Positions 38,664 through 49,982 of a stretch of 64,000 nucleotides of DNA are shown piece after piece (within the stretch, counting starts at the first letter, position 1; each line of letters begins with the position of its first letter). The position numbers were made by a program, and so were the translations under genes. Source of the stretch: Acidobacteriota bacterium (lineage in GTDB: Bacteria; Acidobacteriota; UBA6911; RPQK01; CBDBID01). A model generated the notes under the pieces. That model worked only from the letters and a program-made list of their open reading frames with translations, was not told where the DNA came from and did no database searches. Where the stretch lies: assembly GCA_965205565.1 (NCBI GenBank), contig CBDBID010000037.1:22547-86546 (forward strand), written 5' to 3'.

Positions 38664-39827
38664 CTAGTTCCCCTGTCTCGGCGTGGAAGGGCTCTGCTCG
38701 ACCGGCGAGCCGAGAAGTTGGGGTCGAAGGCGATGAAAAAGAGCATCTCCGACGACGCGGTTTCCGGCGGCGGTCATATGAGCGAAATCGAAATACAGGG
38801 AGGTTCCTCCGCCCTCTTTGACCGCTGGGGTCAATCCAGAAAAGGCAGCCCCAGCTCTCGGCACTGGCTGACCGCTCTGCGCATCAGACTGGCCGCATAA
38901 GCACCCCAAACCCGGCCGTTGTCGTTGAACATGTAACGAGCGGGGAAAATCAAAACAAGAAACGGGATGCCCTCCTCCTGCAGACGCTCTTGCGTGGCCT
39001 TCAACGCCCCGAATGTTTTCTCCCAACCCAATTCGAGCCTTCTTTCGTTCTAAGACATACTGGTCGAATCCAAGTTGTAGCAACAGACGCCCGTGCGTTC
39101 CTGGGCTCGGAAAGGTTCGCTGGGAAACAACCGGTACATCAAATTGAGCCAGCGCCGCAGGAGGTCCGTGTACACATAGGTTTTCTCAAAAAGTAGCCGC
39201 CCAGAGAATAGGTGGCCAGCATGTTGCCATCCCAACCCACCAGGTATCGCCCCCCCTTGGACGGCGACTGGAGCCCCCGGCTTGGTCGGGTCGACTTCCC
39301 AGCGAAGCAGAGCTTCGTTGCTGATGACCGAGCACAGCTCCATATCGACGATCACCATATCGGGTTGCAATTTCAGGCCTTCGTTCTGGAGATAGACATA
39401 GTAGCTGGAGGGGCTATAGCCCTGACCTGCCGCATTCACAACATGATGACGGCGTCTTGAGTTTTTGTTCAGTTGTCGCTCCAACACCTTGGTGTAGTGC
39501 GCGTGGGCTGGGATTCCGAGTCCGAATCCGATAGAATCGCCCACGGAAAGGATCCGAACTTCACCCTTCCTCGGGGTGGGTTCGAAGTCAGGCTCGTCGC
39601 GAAACCCATAGCGGTTTGTGACGAAAGGGACCCCACCAGAACACTCCCCGATAGTGACTGTTGAACTTCACCGGCATGTAGGTCGTCGCGCGGACGTGAT
39701 TTCGCCGTTCATCGGCCTTAGAGAGGATGGAGTGTCGGAGCAGCAGTTCAGCAACCGCGAGCAGAGCTACCGCGACTGTAGCAAAGCACACCACACTGAT
39801 CAGAAACAATTTAATTTCGCGACACAC
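38664..39827 (-). pseudogene. SGNH/GDSL hydrolase-family protein, frameshifted
   Basis: N-terminal TM, TN.YGFRD, GDS block I, NAAGQGY, D.AH at the end; spread over several frames with shifts in homopolymer runs. Confidence 0.75.
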
Positions 39828-40891
39828 GGCCTTTTTTTCGACAAATTACCGTAAAGAATCCTCCCTCCCTATCTCCGGTCAGCGCCTGCGACAACTCAAC
39901 CAGCAGCCGTTCAACGGGGTGGCCGGGGGGCTCCGGCTCAAAGAGATTTTCCGCGTCCAGAAAGGGGCTGGACAATCGAGTTTTGGGGGTTGTCTTCACC
40001 AGCTCCAAGCCATTGGGTTTCAGCCAGGTGAGAACTTCACCGATGGTGCTCTTGACTTCATGAGGGTTCTGGTATTGATCGGCCAGCCAGACGGCCCGCC
40101 GCTTCGGGCCCAGTTGTGCCTTGCGCAGTCGGGGATCCAGAAAAGCCCAGCGGTTGCCACTGAGGCGGAACAACCTCCGCCGGAGGTCCGTGCCGAACCG
40201 GCCAAAACGATGATACAAGCCAGCGATCAAATACCCGCCGGGTCGCACCAGCGAAGAAAGCGTCCTAAAGCCAAGGCGGAGGTTTGACGTATGGTGCAAG
40301 ACTCCGTTGCAGATAACCGTATGGAAGCTGGCGCGATGGAAGACCGGCCGAAACAGATTCATCTGCAAAAAAAAAGACCCGCTGCAAGCCGCTGGTGCGT
40401 CGAAAGCGCTCGGCCAATTGCAGAGAGTTCAGACAGATGTCGGTGCCAAACACGGTGCGATGGGCAATCCCCAAAAAATTGGAGAGCTGCCCCGTACCAC
40501 AGCCGCAGTCCAGGATGCGCACGCCGAAAGGAATCTGCCGGTCCAGCAAATCAGCAAAAACGCTTTCTCGGGCCTTCTCCATCAGGTCTGCTAAAGTTTC
40601 GGTTCCTTCATAATCGGGGAAGGGGTGCTCTTCATAGAAGGCCTGCACACGCTCCGTGACATCTCGAGGAAACCGGTCCGGATCATTCGGTGAAAAGAGG
40701 CAGGGGATGCCGCTTTTCACCGGAAAAGAGGTCGCACAGGAGGAACAGCAGACAGTCTGGTTTCGAGTCCGCAAGTCGCCTTGGCATCGAGGGCAAGCCA
40801 ACAGATGGAGATAGGGGAGATCGATGGCCGTTTGAGCGGACTCTTGATCCCCATCATTCGTGTAAGGGCTCATTGCAAACTTCGGCGCCAC
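39811..40891 (-). pseudogene. Trm112-like plus class I SAM methyltransferase, frameshifted at A9 (40367-40375)
   Basis: LACPRC, CSSC, FYE..PFP, ILDCGCGTG; continues QMNLF..GVLHHT..DQY..PHE after a one-base shift. Confidence 0.82.
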
Positions 40892-40909
40892 TCTGGTAAA
40901 TTTCCCGGC

Positions 40910-41068
40910 GTGGGAAAACTGAGTATAGCCGCCGAGCTGTTCGCCTTTCTGCGTGTTCGCAAGAAGTGGTGGCTCTTCCCCGTGGTACTACTTCTACTCC
41001 TGTTGGCAACCCTGGTTGTCTTCTCGGAGTCTTCTGCTGTGGCGCCCTTCATCTATACGTTGTTCTAA
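40910..41068 (+). CDS. DUF5989 (SxtK-like) small membrane protein
   Basis: MGKLSIAAELFAFLRVRKKWWLFPVV...SAVAPFIYTLF. Confidence 0.9.
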   Translation: MGKLSIAAELFAFLRVRKKWWLFPVVLLLLLLATLVVFSESSAVAPFIYTLF

Positions 41069-41126
41069 GCGGATGGGAAGTGGCCAACGACTAGATGCTG
41101 CCCTTCGCCCCCTCCCTCCCCCAATT

Positions 41127-42398
41127 TCACGCTGACGCTGTCTCCTGACCGGATTGGCTGGCGGCCGTTTCGGCCAAACCGAAGGAGAACACCATGACTC
41201 CAAGGTCCCTCTTATCGTGGGGGTCCTGCGATCGAAAAGTCCGGCGACAATGAATCGCCACTTCCCAGATTTCATGGGTCTTTACAAAGGGGGCCAGGTA
41301 TTGAAGTCGAAACTCTGTCTGCGGCGGTGCGGAGTATTCTCCGACTTTGAGCCCATTAACGGAAATCTCCAGATAATTCTTCTCGGCTGCGTATCCATGC
41401 AGGTTCAGATAAGGCATTCTGCGGGCGGTTTCCAAATAACCGACTGCTTCTTGACCCGTCCAGCGGAAGCCGCGCCGATCGCTCTCGTGCCAGTACCAGC
41501 CCGGGCCCAATTGGCTCCCAAACGAATCCTCCCCGAAATCAACGAGGGACTGGAAGTCAGAAACCGCCTCCTCTACCCCCAGTGGTTTCAGCTTCAGGCG
41601 CAATTTCTGCCGGGCCTCTTTACGCGCCAGGATGCCCCAGAACTCCGCGTGGAAGCACCAGCCCAGCCCAAGATAGGCCAGGCAGGCACGCACCGGAAAT
41701 TGTCTTCGATAGTCGACCAAATCCATGGCGCAGGGAAAGCTGTGTAAGAAGCTCAGTCGGCTCTTTCTCAGGCACCGCTTCAAAGCCAGGGGGCCCAAGC
41801 TTCGGATCTCCGCGAAGCTCGTGTGCTCCTTTAAGAAACCGGGGTTTTTCCAGTGGATATAGCGATCTCTCAGGAGCGAAGGCAGGTATTGAGGAAAATA
41901 CAGATGGGTATGACCTTCATACGGATACCAGCGGTTGGGTGTGGTGATAAAAATCATTCCCAGCGGCCGTAAGACCCGGCGTAATTCCCTCAGACATTGA
42001 ACTTGCCAGGGGCTTCCTCCGACCAAATGCTCCACCACGTCGAAGGCGAAAATGACATCAAAGGACTGGTCACGAAAGGGGAGGGAAATGCCGTTGCATT
42101 GGACATAGCCCTGTCCCGGCGCAGCTTGGGCAAACTGCAGGACGTGGTGGTGGTGATCCGCGCCGGTATAGGAGTGGCAGCGACCGACCAGAAGTTCGCC
42201 CAATCCGCCCTGGCCACAACCCAGATCGAGCACGCTCTTGCCCCGAAAATCCATGGGGACGAGCGGCTCAAACGCCTGCATTAATCGCTTGCAGCGCTGG
42301 CGGGTACCCTTCCAGTAATCCACCCATCGCTCGATTGACTCCGGGTGCTCCGGACCGAAGATCTCCTGAGCGACATCCTCAATGCTGCTCTTGACCAT
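41127..42398 (-). CDS. Class I SAM-dependent methyltransferase with C-terminal beta-sandwich domain
   Basis: VLDLGCG.G, LPF.DQSFD, VVEHL, TPNRW.P.E.H; C-terminal GW...E...FRWT...D.RDLGV. Confidence 0.85.
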   Translation of the reverse strand: MVKSSIEDVAQEIFGPEHPESIERWVDYWKGTRQRCKRLMQAFEPLVPMDFRGKSVLDLGCGQGGLGELLVGRCHSYTGADHHHHVLQFAQAAPGQGYVQCNGISLPFRDQSFDVIFAFDVVEHLVGGSPWQVQCLRELRRVLRPLGMIFITTPNRWYPYEGHTHLYFPQYLPSLLRDRYIHWKNPGFLKEHTSFAEIRSLGPLALKRCLRKSRLSFLHSFPCAMDLVDYRRQFPVRACLAYLGLGWCFHAEFWGILARKEARQKLRLKLKPLGVEEAVSDFQSLVDFGEDSFGSQLGPGWYWHESDRRGFRWTGQEAVGYLETARRMPYLNLHGYAAEKNYLEISVNGLKVGEYSAPPQTEFRLQYLAPFVKTHEIWEVAIHCRRTFRSQDPHDKRDLGVMVFSFGLAETAASQSGQETASA

Positions 42399-42560
42399 GG
42401 TGCCTTTACTCAACAGGAGGCTCCTAGGCGGGCCAAACGGATCCGCGAGGCTCCCAATCGGCAGGCCTTTCCGATAAGGCCCTCCCGTGGATTGAGCCAA
42501 GCGGTGCGTATTGGGGACTGGGAGACTGAAGCTGGGAGGCCCCGGTGGCCCCATGCACCT

Positions 42561-43616
42561 TTACGTAATGCTCAGCATTCGCTCAATTGCCTTGAGTGCC
42601 CTGATTCGGACGGGCTCCGGGACATCGACTTCATAGACCTCGTTTTCCAGGCTGTACCAAATCTTCTCGAGCGTGATCTTTCGCATGTGCTGGCAAAAAA
42701 TATTGCACGATCGGACGAACTTGATCGACGGGAATTCGCTGGACAGGTTGGCGGCCATCTCACACTCGGTCGCCAAATAAACCCGCTTCAACTGGGGTCG
42801 GTCAGCGATGTAATTTGCCATCTGAGAGGTGCTGCCGTAGTAATCGGCCTCCTGCAACACTTCGGGAAGACACTCCCAGTGGACAAGAATTGCAGCGTGG
42901 CCGACTCCACGTGGAATCCTGTGTTGCCTCCTCACATCCCGAATGTGTTCAGCCGTGAACTTTTCGTGCACCTCACAACGCCCGAAGTTGGGATCGTACT
43001 TACCCGGATAGATCAAATCCAGCTGGACTCCATCCTGCTGAAGCTCGCGCTGTAGGTTCTCGCCCATCAGAGAGTCGGGGAGAAAAAGCACGGCGTCTGA
43101 ATTGAACTCCTTGGCTGCATGGCGCACCACTTTCAGGGCGTTGGCCGAAGTACAGCAGTAGTCGGATTCCGCCTTGATGCTGGCGTAACTGTTGATGTAG
43201 GTCACGACCGGAAGTCCCGGGAAGCGCCGCTTGTAGTCGATGACGTCCTCGGAGGTAAACGGATCCGCCAGGCTACAGCCGGCGTCCAGATCGGCGATTA
43301 ACACCTTCTTCGTGGGGTTCAGGATCTTGGCCGTCTCCGCCATAAATCGGACGCCATCAAACAGGATGATGGGTTTCTGCGAGCGGGCAGCATACTGACT
43401 CAGAGCCAAGGAGTCTCCCCGCTCACCTTTTCCAGAGAGCTGGTAGACCAACGGCTCCATGTAGTTGTGCCCAAGAATCAACACATCCTTCCGCTGGCTC
43501 AGTTGAAGGATACGCTCGATGATGTCTCGCTTGGCGAGAAAATCCAGATGCTGATCCGGGTTGCTTCTGAGCGTTTGATCGATGCTTTCCAGCTTGTCGA
43601 TGTGTGTTAGTTGCAT
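42561..43616 (-). CDS. nadA: Quinolinate synthase
   Basis: LGHNYM, GDSL, GVRFMAETAKIL, AGCSLA, YINS, TSANA, C.VH, H.EC, GSTS, C.HM. Confidence 0.95.
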   Translation of the reverse strand: MQLTHIDKLESIDQTLRSNPDQHLDFLAKRDIIERILQLSQRKDVLILGHNYMEPLVYQLSGKGERGDSLALSQYAARSQKPIILFDGVRFMAETAKILNPTKKVLIADLDAGCSLADPFTSEDVIDYKRRFPGLPVVTYINSYASIKAESDYCCTSANALKVVRHAAKEFNSDAVLFLPDSLMGENLQRELQQDGVQLDLIYPGKYDPNFGRCEVHEKFTAEHIRDVRRQHRIPRGVGHAAILVHWECLPEVLQEADYYGSTSQMANYIADRPQLKRVYLATECEMAANLSSEFPSIKFVRSCNIFCQHMRKITLEKIWYSLENEVYEVDVPEPVRIRALKAIERMLSIT

Positions 43617-43746
43617 TGCGGGTCCTGGGACGACTCTGCCAACCCCCTCTTAACCAAACTACCCCCTTATTGTGCCAGATTCTTCCCGGAACTTCACCTG
43701 TGGCTACCCGGTTGCGTCGAGTCGGAACAATCCCCAGCAGATCTTC

Positions 43747-44928
43747 TCAGGCTGTTGCGCCATAGAATTGTGTGGCGGCCTGCACCCCCGATCCAGGTTC
43801 AACCGAAAACCCTTGAGACCGAAGACACTGTTCTAGTGCGTGCAAGAAGTAAAGAACGGTTTCGGAGGAACTATTCTCCCCCATCAAGCCGACGCGCCAG
43901 ATCGCTCCCTTGAGCTCGCCCAATCCACCTCCGATTTCCAGATTGAAGTCCTGCAAAAGCTGCCCTCTCACCTGGACATCATCGATCCCATCGGGCACCC
44001 TCACCGTGTTGAGGGACCAGATCCGGTGCTCCGGTGCGACGTGCATCTTCAATCCGAGGGCTTGCACCCCGGCCACCAAAGCTCGGTGGTTCTCTTGGTG
44101 ACGGCTCCAACGTTTTTCCAACCCTTCTTCCAAAACCCGTCCCAGGGCCACTCGAAGAGCGTAGTTCAATGAAACCGGCGCCGTGTGGTGATAAACCCGC
44201 CTGTTTCCCCAGTAAGTACCCAACAACGCCAGATCCAGATACCAGCTTTGGCAGCGGCGGCGGCTCTCTAGGTGCAGCGCCGCTCTCTCGGAAACGGTGA
44301 TGGGCGCCAGCCCCGGAGGTCCTCCCAGGCCTTTCTGGGTGCAGCTATAGCAGATATCCACCCCCGTCTCATCGATCTTCAAGGGGTGGCTCCCCAAAGA
44401 GGTCACCGCATCCACCAGCAGCAGGCTGTCGTAATGCGATGCAATCTCGCGGATCGGCTCCAAGGGTTGGAGTACTCCGGTAGAGGTTTCAGCATGCACG
44501 ACCGCGATGACCTTGGGCTTGCATCGCTCTGCCGCGTTCGCCAGAGCACGGATGTCGAGAGGGTCCCCGAACTTTGCTATGACTTCCGAGACAACTCCCC
44601 CGCAGCGGCGAACGCACTCAGCGATGCGGTGACCGAAAAAGCCGTTGATCCCCACCAGAACCGCCTCACCCGGTTGCACGAAATTCACCACGGCGGCCTC
44701 CATGCCGGCACTACCTGTACCGGCAATGGGGATGGTCAACGCGTTAGTGGTCACAAAGGTGTGCCGGAGTCCCTCCTGGATCTCATCCATCAACCGCAGA
44801 TAGGCCGGATCCAGATGGCCGATCACCGGCTGCGCCATGGCCTGGAGCACTTGGGGAGCAACGTTACTGGGGCCCGGGCCGAGCAACTTCCGAACCGGAA
44901 TGCACACCGGCGTCTTTTCCACAACCAA
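43747..44928 (-). CDS. Alanine-glyoxylate/serine-pyruvate aminotransferase (class V PLP)
   Basis: LLGPGPSN, GTGSAGMEA, HAETSTGV, DAVTSLG, TQK.LG.PPGL, YHHTAP, WRVGLMG. Confidence 0.92.
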   Translation of the reverse strand: MVVEKTPVCIPVRKLLGPGPSNVAPQVLQAMAQPVIGHLDPAYLRLMDEIQEGLRHTFVTTNALTIPIAGTGSAGMEAAVVNFVQPGEAVLVGINGFFGHRIAECVRRCGGVVSEVIAKFGDPLDIRALANAAERCKPKVIAVVHAETSTGVLQPLEPIREIASHYDSLLLVDAVTSLGSHPLKIDETGVDICYSCTQKGLGGPPGLAPITVSERAALHLESRRRCQSWYLDLALLGTYWGNRRVYHHTAPVSLNYALRVALGRVLEEGLEKRWSRHQENHRALVAGVQALGLKMHVAPEHRIWSLNTVRVPDGIDDVQVRGQLLQDFNLEIGGGLGELKGAIWRVGLMGENSSSETVLYFLHALEQCLRSQGFSVEPGSGVQAATQFYGATA

Positions 44929-45049
44929 CTCCTTGCTAGAAGCTTAACCGAAAGAGCTGTTCCCGTCGAGCCAGAGCACCACCGTCAAAAGACGGCTTGC
45001 CCCCACCGAAACGACCGGCAATAAAACCGGCAGCGGCACTCAGAGAAGA

Positions 45050-45078
45050 TTGAACCCCCTCACGGAAGCCAGTATATT
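45050..45078 (+). promoter_or_regulatory. Sigma70-type promoter upstream of folE
   Basis: TTGAAC-N17-TATATT. Confidence 0.5.
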
Positions 45079-45122
45079 GGGGTGACCGGAAGCACGGCCC
45101 GATGGGGCGGAGCGGCCGACCT

Positions 45123-45274
45123 TAGTACTCCCTCCCATAAATACGGGGACGTTTGCGGAGGGGGCGATGCCGGGGCGTCGTCGACGAAGAACGACAAAGA
45201 GATCGCCCGCAACCCCCTCCGCCCAGAGGGTTACGACGCAACAAACGTCATCGTATTTATGGGAGGGAGTACTA
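45123..45274. mobile_element. Miniature inverted-repeat (palindromic) element with TA duplication
   Basis: TA-GTACTCCCTCCCATAAATACG..GACGTTTG ... CAAACGTC..CGTATTTATGGGAGGGAGTAC-TA; internal IR GCGGAGGGGG/CCCCCTCCGC; no transposase. Confidence 0.8.
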
Positions 45275-45282
45275 AGGGGAGA

Positions 45283-45960
45283 ATGGAAAAACCCGCAAAC
45301 GCTGAAAACAAACGCACAGGTTCAAGCAAGAAAATGACTCAGAAAACCGTCAGACCCGCTCTGGAAGCCCTGCCTGCCGAAGAGAGCGAAGACCGATCCG
45401 GGCTGGCCATCCAGCGGTTGATTGAGGATCTCCTGGGAGAGCTGGGAGAAAACCCCCGCCGGGAGGGACTCAAACACACTCCATCGAGGGTAAACCGGGT
45501 GCTGCGCTTTCTCACAAAGGGTTACCAGGAGGATGTTGACCAGATCCTCAGTGGGGCCCTGTTCGACGTAAACTACGATGAGATGGTGATCGTCAGGGAC
45601 ATCGAACTCTATAGCCTGTGCGAACACCACTTGCTGCCTTTTTTCGGCAAATGCCACGTCGGATACCTTCCCTCTGATAAGGTCATCGGGTTGAGCAAGA
45701 TTCCAAGGATCGTGGAGGTCTTTGCCCGGAGGCTGCAGGTCCAGGAGCGACTCACCCAACAGATCGCAGAGGCGATTCGTCAGAAGGTCAAGCCTCGGGG
45801 CGTGGGTGTCGTGATCGAAGCCCAGCACCTTTGTATGATGATGCGGGGCATAGAAAAACAGAACACCCGAATGGTTACCTCGGCGATGCTGGGCAAGTTC
45901 CGGGAGGACCAGCGCTCTCGAGTTGAGTTTCTTGACCTGCTGGCAGGAAGTAGGACATGA
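45283..45960 (+). CDS. folE: GTP cyclohydrolase I
   Basis: [43 protein letters not shown]; start taken downstream of the MITE (45283 or 45334). Confidence 0.95.
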   Translation: MEKPANAENKRTGSSKKMTQKTVRPALEALPAEESEDRSGLAIQRLIEDLLGELGENPRREGLKHTPSRVNRVLRFLTKGYQEDVDQILSGALFDVNYDEMVIVRDIELYSLCEHHLLPFFGKCHVGYLPSDKVIGLSKIPRIVEVFARRLQVQERLTQQIAEAIRQKVKPRGVGVVIEAQHLCMMMRGIEKQNTRMVTSAMLGKFREDQRSRVEFLDLLAGSRT

Positions 45961-47405
45961 CATCTCGGGTCGGCAACCACTTCCCTCAACAACAGGCCCG
46001 GGTGCTTGCCGCGGCCGTCATGATCTTGACCTTACCCTGGCTGGCCAGGGGGCAGGAGGTCCTCGAAAAGCAGGAAGAGCCCATTCGGATAGACGTCAAC
46101 CTGGTCACCCTTCGATTCGCCGTCCGAAACGAACGAGGCGGTTTCGTCAATGCGCTGACTCGGGAGCGCTTCCAGGTTTTTGAGAACGGTGAGCCACAGG
46201 ATCTGGTTTTCTTCGAACCTCCACGCCAGCCCGAGGCGGGCACAGGCAGCCTGTGGCTGGCCTTCGTCATCGACGTCAGCGGCAGCACTTTTGCCACCCG
46301 CTCCGAGGAGATTCTGGCCGCCGAAACCTTCTTCGAGAACCTACACGAATTCACTAGAATAGGTATTTTCGGGTTCACGGACAAACTGCTCGTCTTCCAG
46401 GATTTCACACAGAAAAGAGGCCGAGCCTTGAAGGCCTTCAAGGCGGCGCGGCGGCATTTGGGAAAGACGGCTTTGTACGATTGCGTTAATCGGCTCATCG
46501 AGCGGCTAGCGAGTCGATCTAGCCCTCAAGACAGCCGGGTGCTGATCGTCATCTCGGACGGAATGGACGAGCGGTACGGGCGGGCGGCGCGAACCATCAG
46601 CCTGGCACGGCGGCACAACATCCCCCTGTACACGGTCCTGGTGCCCTCAGCCTCCCAACTGTACATCGGGCCCGAAAGCACCGCCCAGGCCGGGGGGGCG
46701 GACAAGGAACGGGCCGAGAAGGAGAGGGCTTTTGCCCGCGTCGCCGAACAGACGGGAGGTCGGCACTTCAGCGGTTTCGAAACCATCCTGGATTTCGATG
46801 AGACCCTCGGTCAGATCAACGACGAAATCGTGGGCAACCTGTACAGCCTGAGGTACTACACCAAAGATCCATCTCTGGATCGTACCGAGAGGGTGATCGA
46901 GGTACGAATAGCCCAGCCAGGACTGAGGGCATCAGGGTTATTCCAGGATATACCCGAGCGCCTTCGGGTGAAAAAACGGTTCATTGCCGCTCTTTTCGAT
47001 AATGAGGCCATGGCCGATTTTCCCACGGATTTGGCCAGCGGTTTCAGCGAAATCGCGGCGGAAATGGATGTTCTCCCCGTTCGGCGGGAGGGGGATCGGG
47101 TTGGGCTTCCGTTTCGCATCAAGATCAGCCCGTTCGCCCTGCGCTGGACGGAGGGAAGAGGCGTCCGTACCCAGCTCGGCGTCATCGGACTGCTCACCGA
47201 CCACAACGGCAAAAATGTGGTCCGTTTGCGAGAGTTCTTCCGGGTTAACTTGGATGCCAAAAAGATCCACGAGGGACGGACCATTATCTACAACAACCGG
47301 CTGCTGGCACCTCCGGGGCAGTACGCCCTGAAGGTCGCCCTGCTGGAGGTTGCGACCTGGAAGCTGACGGCCTTCGAAGAAAGGGTGGAGATCACCGTCC
47401 GTTAG
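45957..47405 (+). CDS. Acidobacterial-type VWA-domain exported protein
   Basis: [44 protein letters not shown]. Confidence 0.88.
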   Translation: MTSRVGNHFPQQQARVLAAAVMILTLPWLARGQEVLEKQEEPIRIDVNLVTLRFAVRNERGGFVNALTRERFQVFENGEPQDLVFFEPPRQPEAGTGSLWLAFVIDVSGSTFATRSEEILAAETFFENLHEFTRIGIFGFTDKLLVFQDFTQKRGRALKAFKAARRHLGKTALYDCVNRLIERLASRSSPQDSRVLIVISDGMDERYGRAARTISLARRHNIPLYTVLVPSASQLYIGPESTAQAGGADKERAEKERAFARVAEQTGGRHFSGFETILDFDETLGQINDEIVGNLYSLRYYTKDPSLDRTERVIEVRIAQPGLRASGLFQDIPERLRVKKRFIAALFDNEAMADFPTDLASGFSEIAAEMDVLPVRREGDRVGLPFRIKISPFALRWTEGRGVRTQLGVIGLLTDHNGKNVVRLREFFRVNLDAKKIHEGRTIIYNNRLLAPPGQYALKVALLEVATWKLTAFEERVEITVR

Positions 47406-47429
47406 GAATCTGGGAGGCGGATGCACGCG

Positions 47430-48131
47430 TCAGGCTGGTCTGGGAGGAACTGCCGGCCGGCCACTGCCCCCCCAGTAGCTCTCGCAATAATCCCGGATGC
47501 GATCCATCTCCTGCTGGTAGTGATGCAACCAAATCTCCCTGGGGGCCTGCGGAGGAACTCGCAAAGGCTGCCCGATTTTTACCAGGACCGGCGAGAATGG
47601 TTTGGGGATGCGAAACCCGTCCCAACTGTTCAAAGCCCAGTAGCGGCGGGGTTGCACGTGAAAGGGTATGATGGGAGTGCCTGTTTTCCCAGACAGCCAA
47701 AGCGGTCCCGGTTTCACTTTATAGACGGGCCCGGTTGGCCCATCGGCCGGAAAGGCCGCCTCCCTTCCGCCCTCCAGGTGCCGTTTGAGCTGCAGTAAGG
47801 CCTGCACGCCGCCGCGCCTACTCGATCCCCGCGCAGGTTCGTAACCAAAGCGCTCTATGATTCGGGCAATGCATTCGCCGTCAAAGTGACGACTTGTCAA
47901 AACGGCAATCCGGCGAAACCGCCAAACATAAGTGGCGAGGAAGATCTGGTTGTGCCAAAAAGCCAGAATCACCGGCTCTTCATTCTTCCCCGTCCGCAAG
48001 TTCTCCGGCCCCTCCCATCGATAGCGCAGAGTGCTGCAGATCAACCAAACGAGAGCCCAGCCCAACAGGGCGATCATCCGCACTTTTAGAGTCTGAGTAT
48101 GAACGGCGCCCCTCACCCCACGACCCGTCAT
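47430..48131 (-). CDS. DUF374 lysophospholipid acyltransferase-family protein
   Basis: AFWH, SRHFDGE, RGSS.RGG, DGP.GP, SWD.F.IPKPFS. Confidence 0.88.
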   Translation of the reverse strand: MTGRGVRGAVHTQTLKVRMIALLGWALVWLICSTLRYRWEGPENLRTGKNEEPVILAFWHNQIFLATYVWRFRRIAVLTSRHFDGECIARIIERFGYEPARGSSRRGGVQALLQLKRHLEGGREAAFPADGPTGPVYKVKPGPLWLSGKTGTPIIPFHVQPRRYWALNSWDGFRIPKPFSPVLVKIGQPLRVPPQAPREIWLHHYQQEMDRIRDYCESYWGGSGRPAVPPRPA

Positions 48132-48889
48132 GGCGTCCTGCTCTCCGCGCTCGCCGGCACCGATTCGGACAGGTTCTCGTTCAGGTCCACCAGCTGGCGG
48201 ATGAACTGCTCCCGGTAGTGGGCAGCTTGAGGGTTTTCGACCTCCATGTCGAAGAAAAGCTGATCGGTGTCATTTTGGACTGTTTTAACCAGCCGGTAGA
48301 AAGCCTCGGGGCCCGGCGTACAGACGGAAGCGGCGTCCCACGCCAAACCTTTCAAGGCTTGGGCGATCAGATGGAAAATGGCCTGGCTCTGCGCGATCTG
48401 GCGGTCGTGCTCTTGGGGCGTCGTCTCGGCAAGAACCAGCCCCAATCCTTCCAGGTAGCGACAGATCCGCCGGTACGAGGAAGGCTTCACACGAGCCGGA
48501 CACAACGCGATCTTGAGCCCTTCGATTCCCCTTCGTCCGCTATCCGGCCCGAACAACGGATGGGTGCCAAGAATCTGCACGGTGGATGGTAGGTGGCGGG
48601 TCATCCATTCCACAGGTCGCTGCTTGACACTGCAAGTATCTACCACGATCTGGCCGCTCTTCAACTGGGGAGCAATCCGCCTACACACCTTTTCGAGGGC
48701 CGAAATCGGGACGCACAACAGGACCATGGAGCAAGAGAGAGCTTCCTCAAGACTTGCCGCCTCAGGCACAGCTTTCAACCGTTGTGGGTCCAGGTCGTAG
48801 ACGCGCACCTCCTTGTCGCGGCTCAGATAATGATGAGCCATTTTGCCAAAGCGGCCGAATCCCACCAGGCCCACGGTTTCGATTTTCAC
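48128..48889 (-). CDS. tyrA: Prephenate/arogenate dehydrogenase
   Basis: GLVGFGRFG, VD.CSVK, THPLFGP, EHDR..A. Confidence 0.85.
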   Translation of the reverse strand: MKIETVGLVGFGRFGKMAHHYLSRDKEVRVYDLDPQRLKAVPEAASLEEALSCSMVLLCVPISALEKVCRRIAPQLKSGQIVVDTCSVKQRPVEWMTRHLPSTVQILGTHPLFGPDSGRRGIEGLKIALCPARVKPSSYRRICRYLEGLGLVLAETTPQEHDRQIAQSQAIFHLIAQALKGLAWDAASVCTPGPEAFYRLVKTVQNDTDQLFFDMEVENPQAAHYREQFIRQLVDLNENLSESVPASAESRTP

Positions 48890-49004
48890 AGTGCCCCATT
48901 ATAATAAAAAGCCAAATGTCTGAGAATACGATCTTTACACATTCCGCACCGGCTGTTTCCGCTGGCTCTCCAATCCAGAAGCTCCCGGTAGTTGGAGAGC
49001 CACA

Positions 49005-49961
49005 TTGAAGTTGGATCTGGCGAACCTCTCTATTCGACAAATCCAACAGCAATTTCTCCAGCGAGAGCGGCCCGTTTCGCGCCAGTTGCTGCAACGTGTG
49101 CAAGCCGATCCCAGGAGAGGGCTCAAGCCGTTAGCAACGCGTCTCCGACAACAGCGGGAACAACAGAAGTGGGAGAGGGCGAGACTGCGCCGGATGCTTC
49201 GCTATGAGCGGCGGCTGTGGAAGGCGGGTGTTCGTCGAGTGGCAGGCGTCGATGAAGTGGGCATGGGGCCTCTGGCGGGCCCCATCGTAGCGGCGGCCGT
49301 GGTTTTTTCGCCCGGCATTTGGATTCACGCCATCGACGATTCCAAGAAACTGAAAGCGGAACTCCGGAACCGGTTGGCCCAGCTGATCCAAGAAAAGGCA
49401 GAGGGGGTCGGGATTGGTCAGGTGGAAGTGACGGAACTGGACGATTTGAACATCTATCAGGCCGGTCTGGTAGCCATGAAACGGGCCGTTCAGAGCCTCC
49501 CTCAATGTCCCCAGCGCGTCATCACCGATGCCCGAAAAATCCCCGGGCTACCGATGCCTCAGGATGGCTTCCCTCAGGGGGACCAGACTCATTTTTCCAT
49601 TGCCGCCGCCTCGATCGTGGCCAAGGTTCATCGGGACGCCCAGATGTTGGATTTGGATCGTCTGTATCCTCAGTACGGTTTTGCCCGTCACAAGGGCTAC
49701 CCGACACGGGAACACAAGTTGGCCATTCGAGAACACGGGCTCTCGGATGTCCACCGCAAGTCGCTGGCTAGCGTTAAGGAGCTTTCAGGGCAATGCTCCC
49801 GCCTCTTTTACGAACTCCAGAGCCGGCTGCAACGAATCGAGTCGTACGCGGCGTTGGAGAAGTTTCAAGGCCGGATGCGCTCTCGCAGCCCTGACCTGCC
49901 CGCGCCCGAGCGGCACCGCCTGGCCTTTCACCTGAGCCAAAAATCGAAGCGGCTCTTGTAA
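49005..49961 (+). CDS. rnhB: Ribonuclease HII with N- and C-terminal extensions
   Basis: AGVDEVG.GPLAGP, DSKKL, SIAAASIVAKV.RD, YGF..HKGY.T, HRKS. Confidence 0.93.
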   Translation: MKLDLANLSIRQIQQQFLQRERPVSRQLLQRVQADPRRGLKPLATRLRQQREQQKWERARLRRMLRYERRLWKAGVRRVAGVDEVGMGPLAGPIVAAAVVFSPGIWIHAIDDSKKLKAELRNRLAQLIQEKAEGVGIGQVEVTELDDLNIYQAGLVAMKRAVQSLPQCPQRVITDARKIPGLPMPQDGFPQGDQTHFSIAAASIVAKVHRDAQMLDLDRLYPQYGFARHKGYPTREHKLAIREHGLSDVHRKSLASVKELSGQCSRLFYELQSRLQRIESYAALEKFQGRMRSRSPDLPAPERHRLAFHLSQKSKRLL

Positions 49962-49982
49962 GGAATACATGCCGACAGATCC

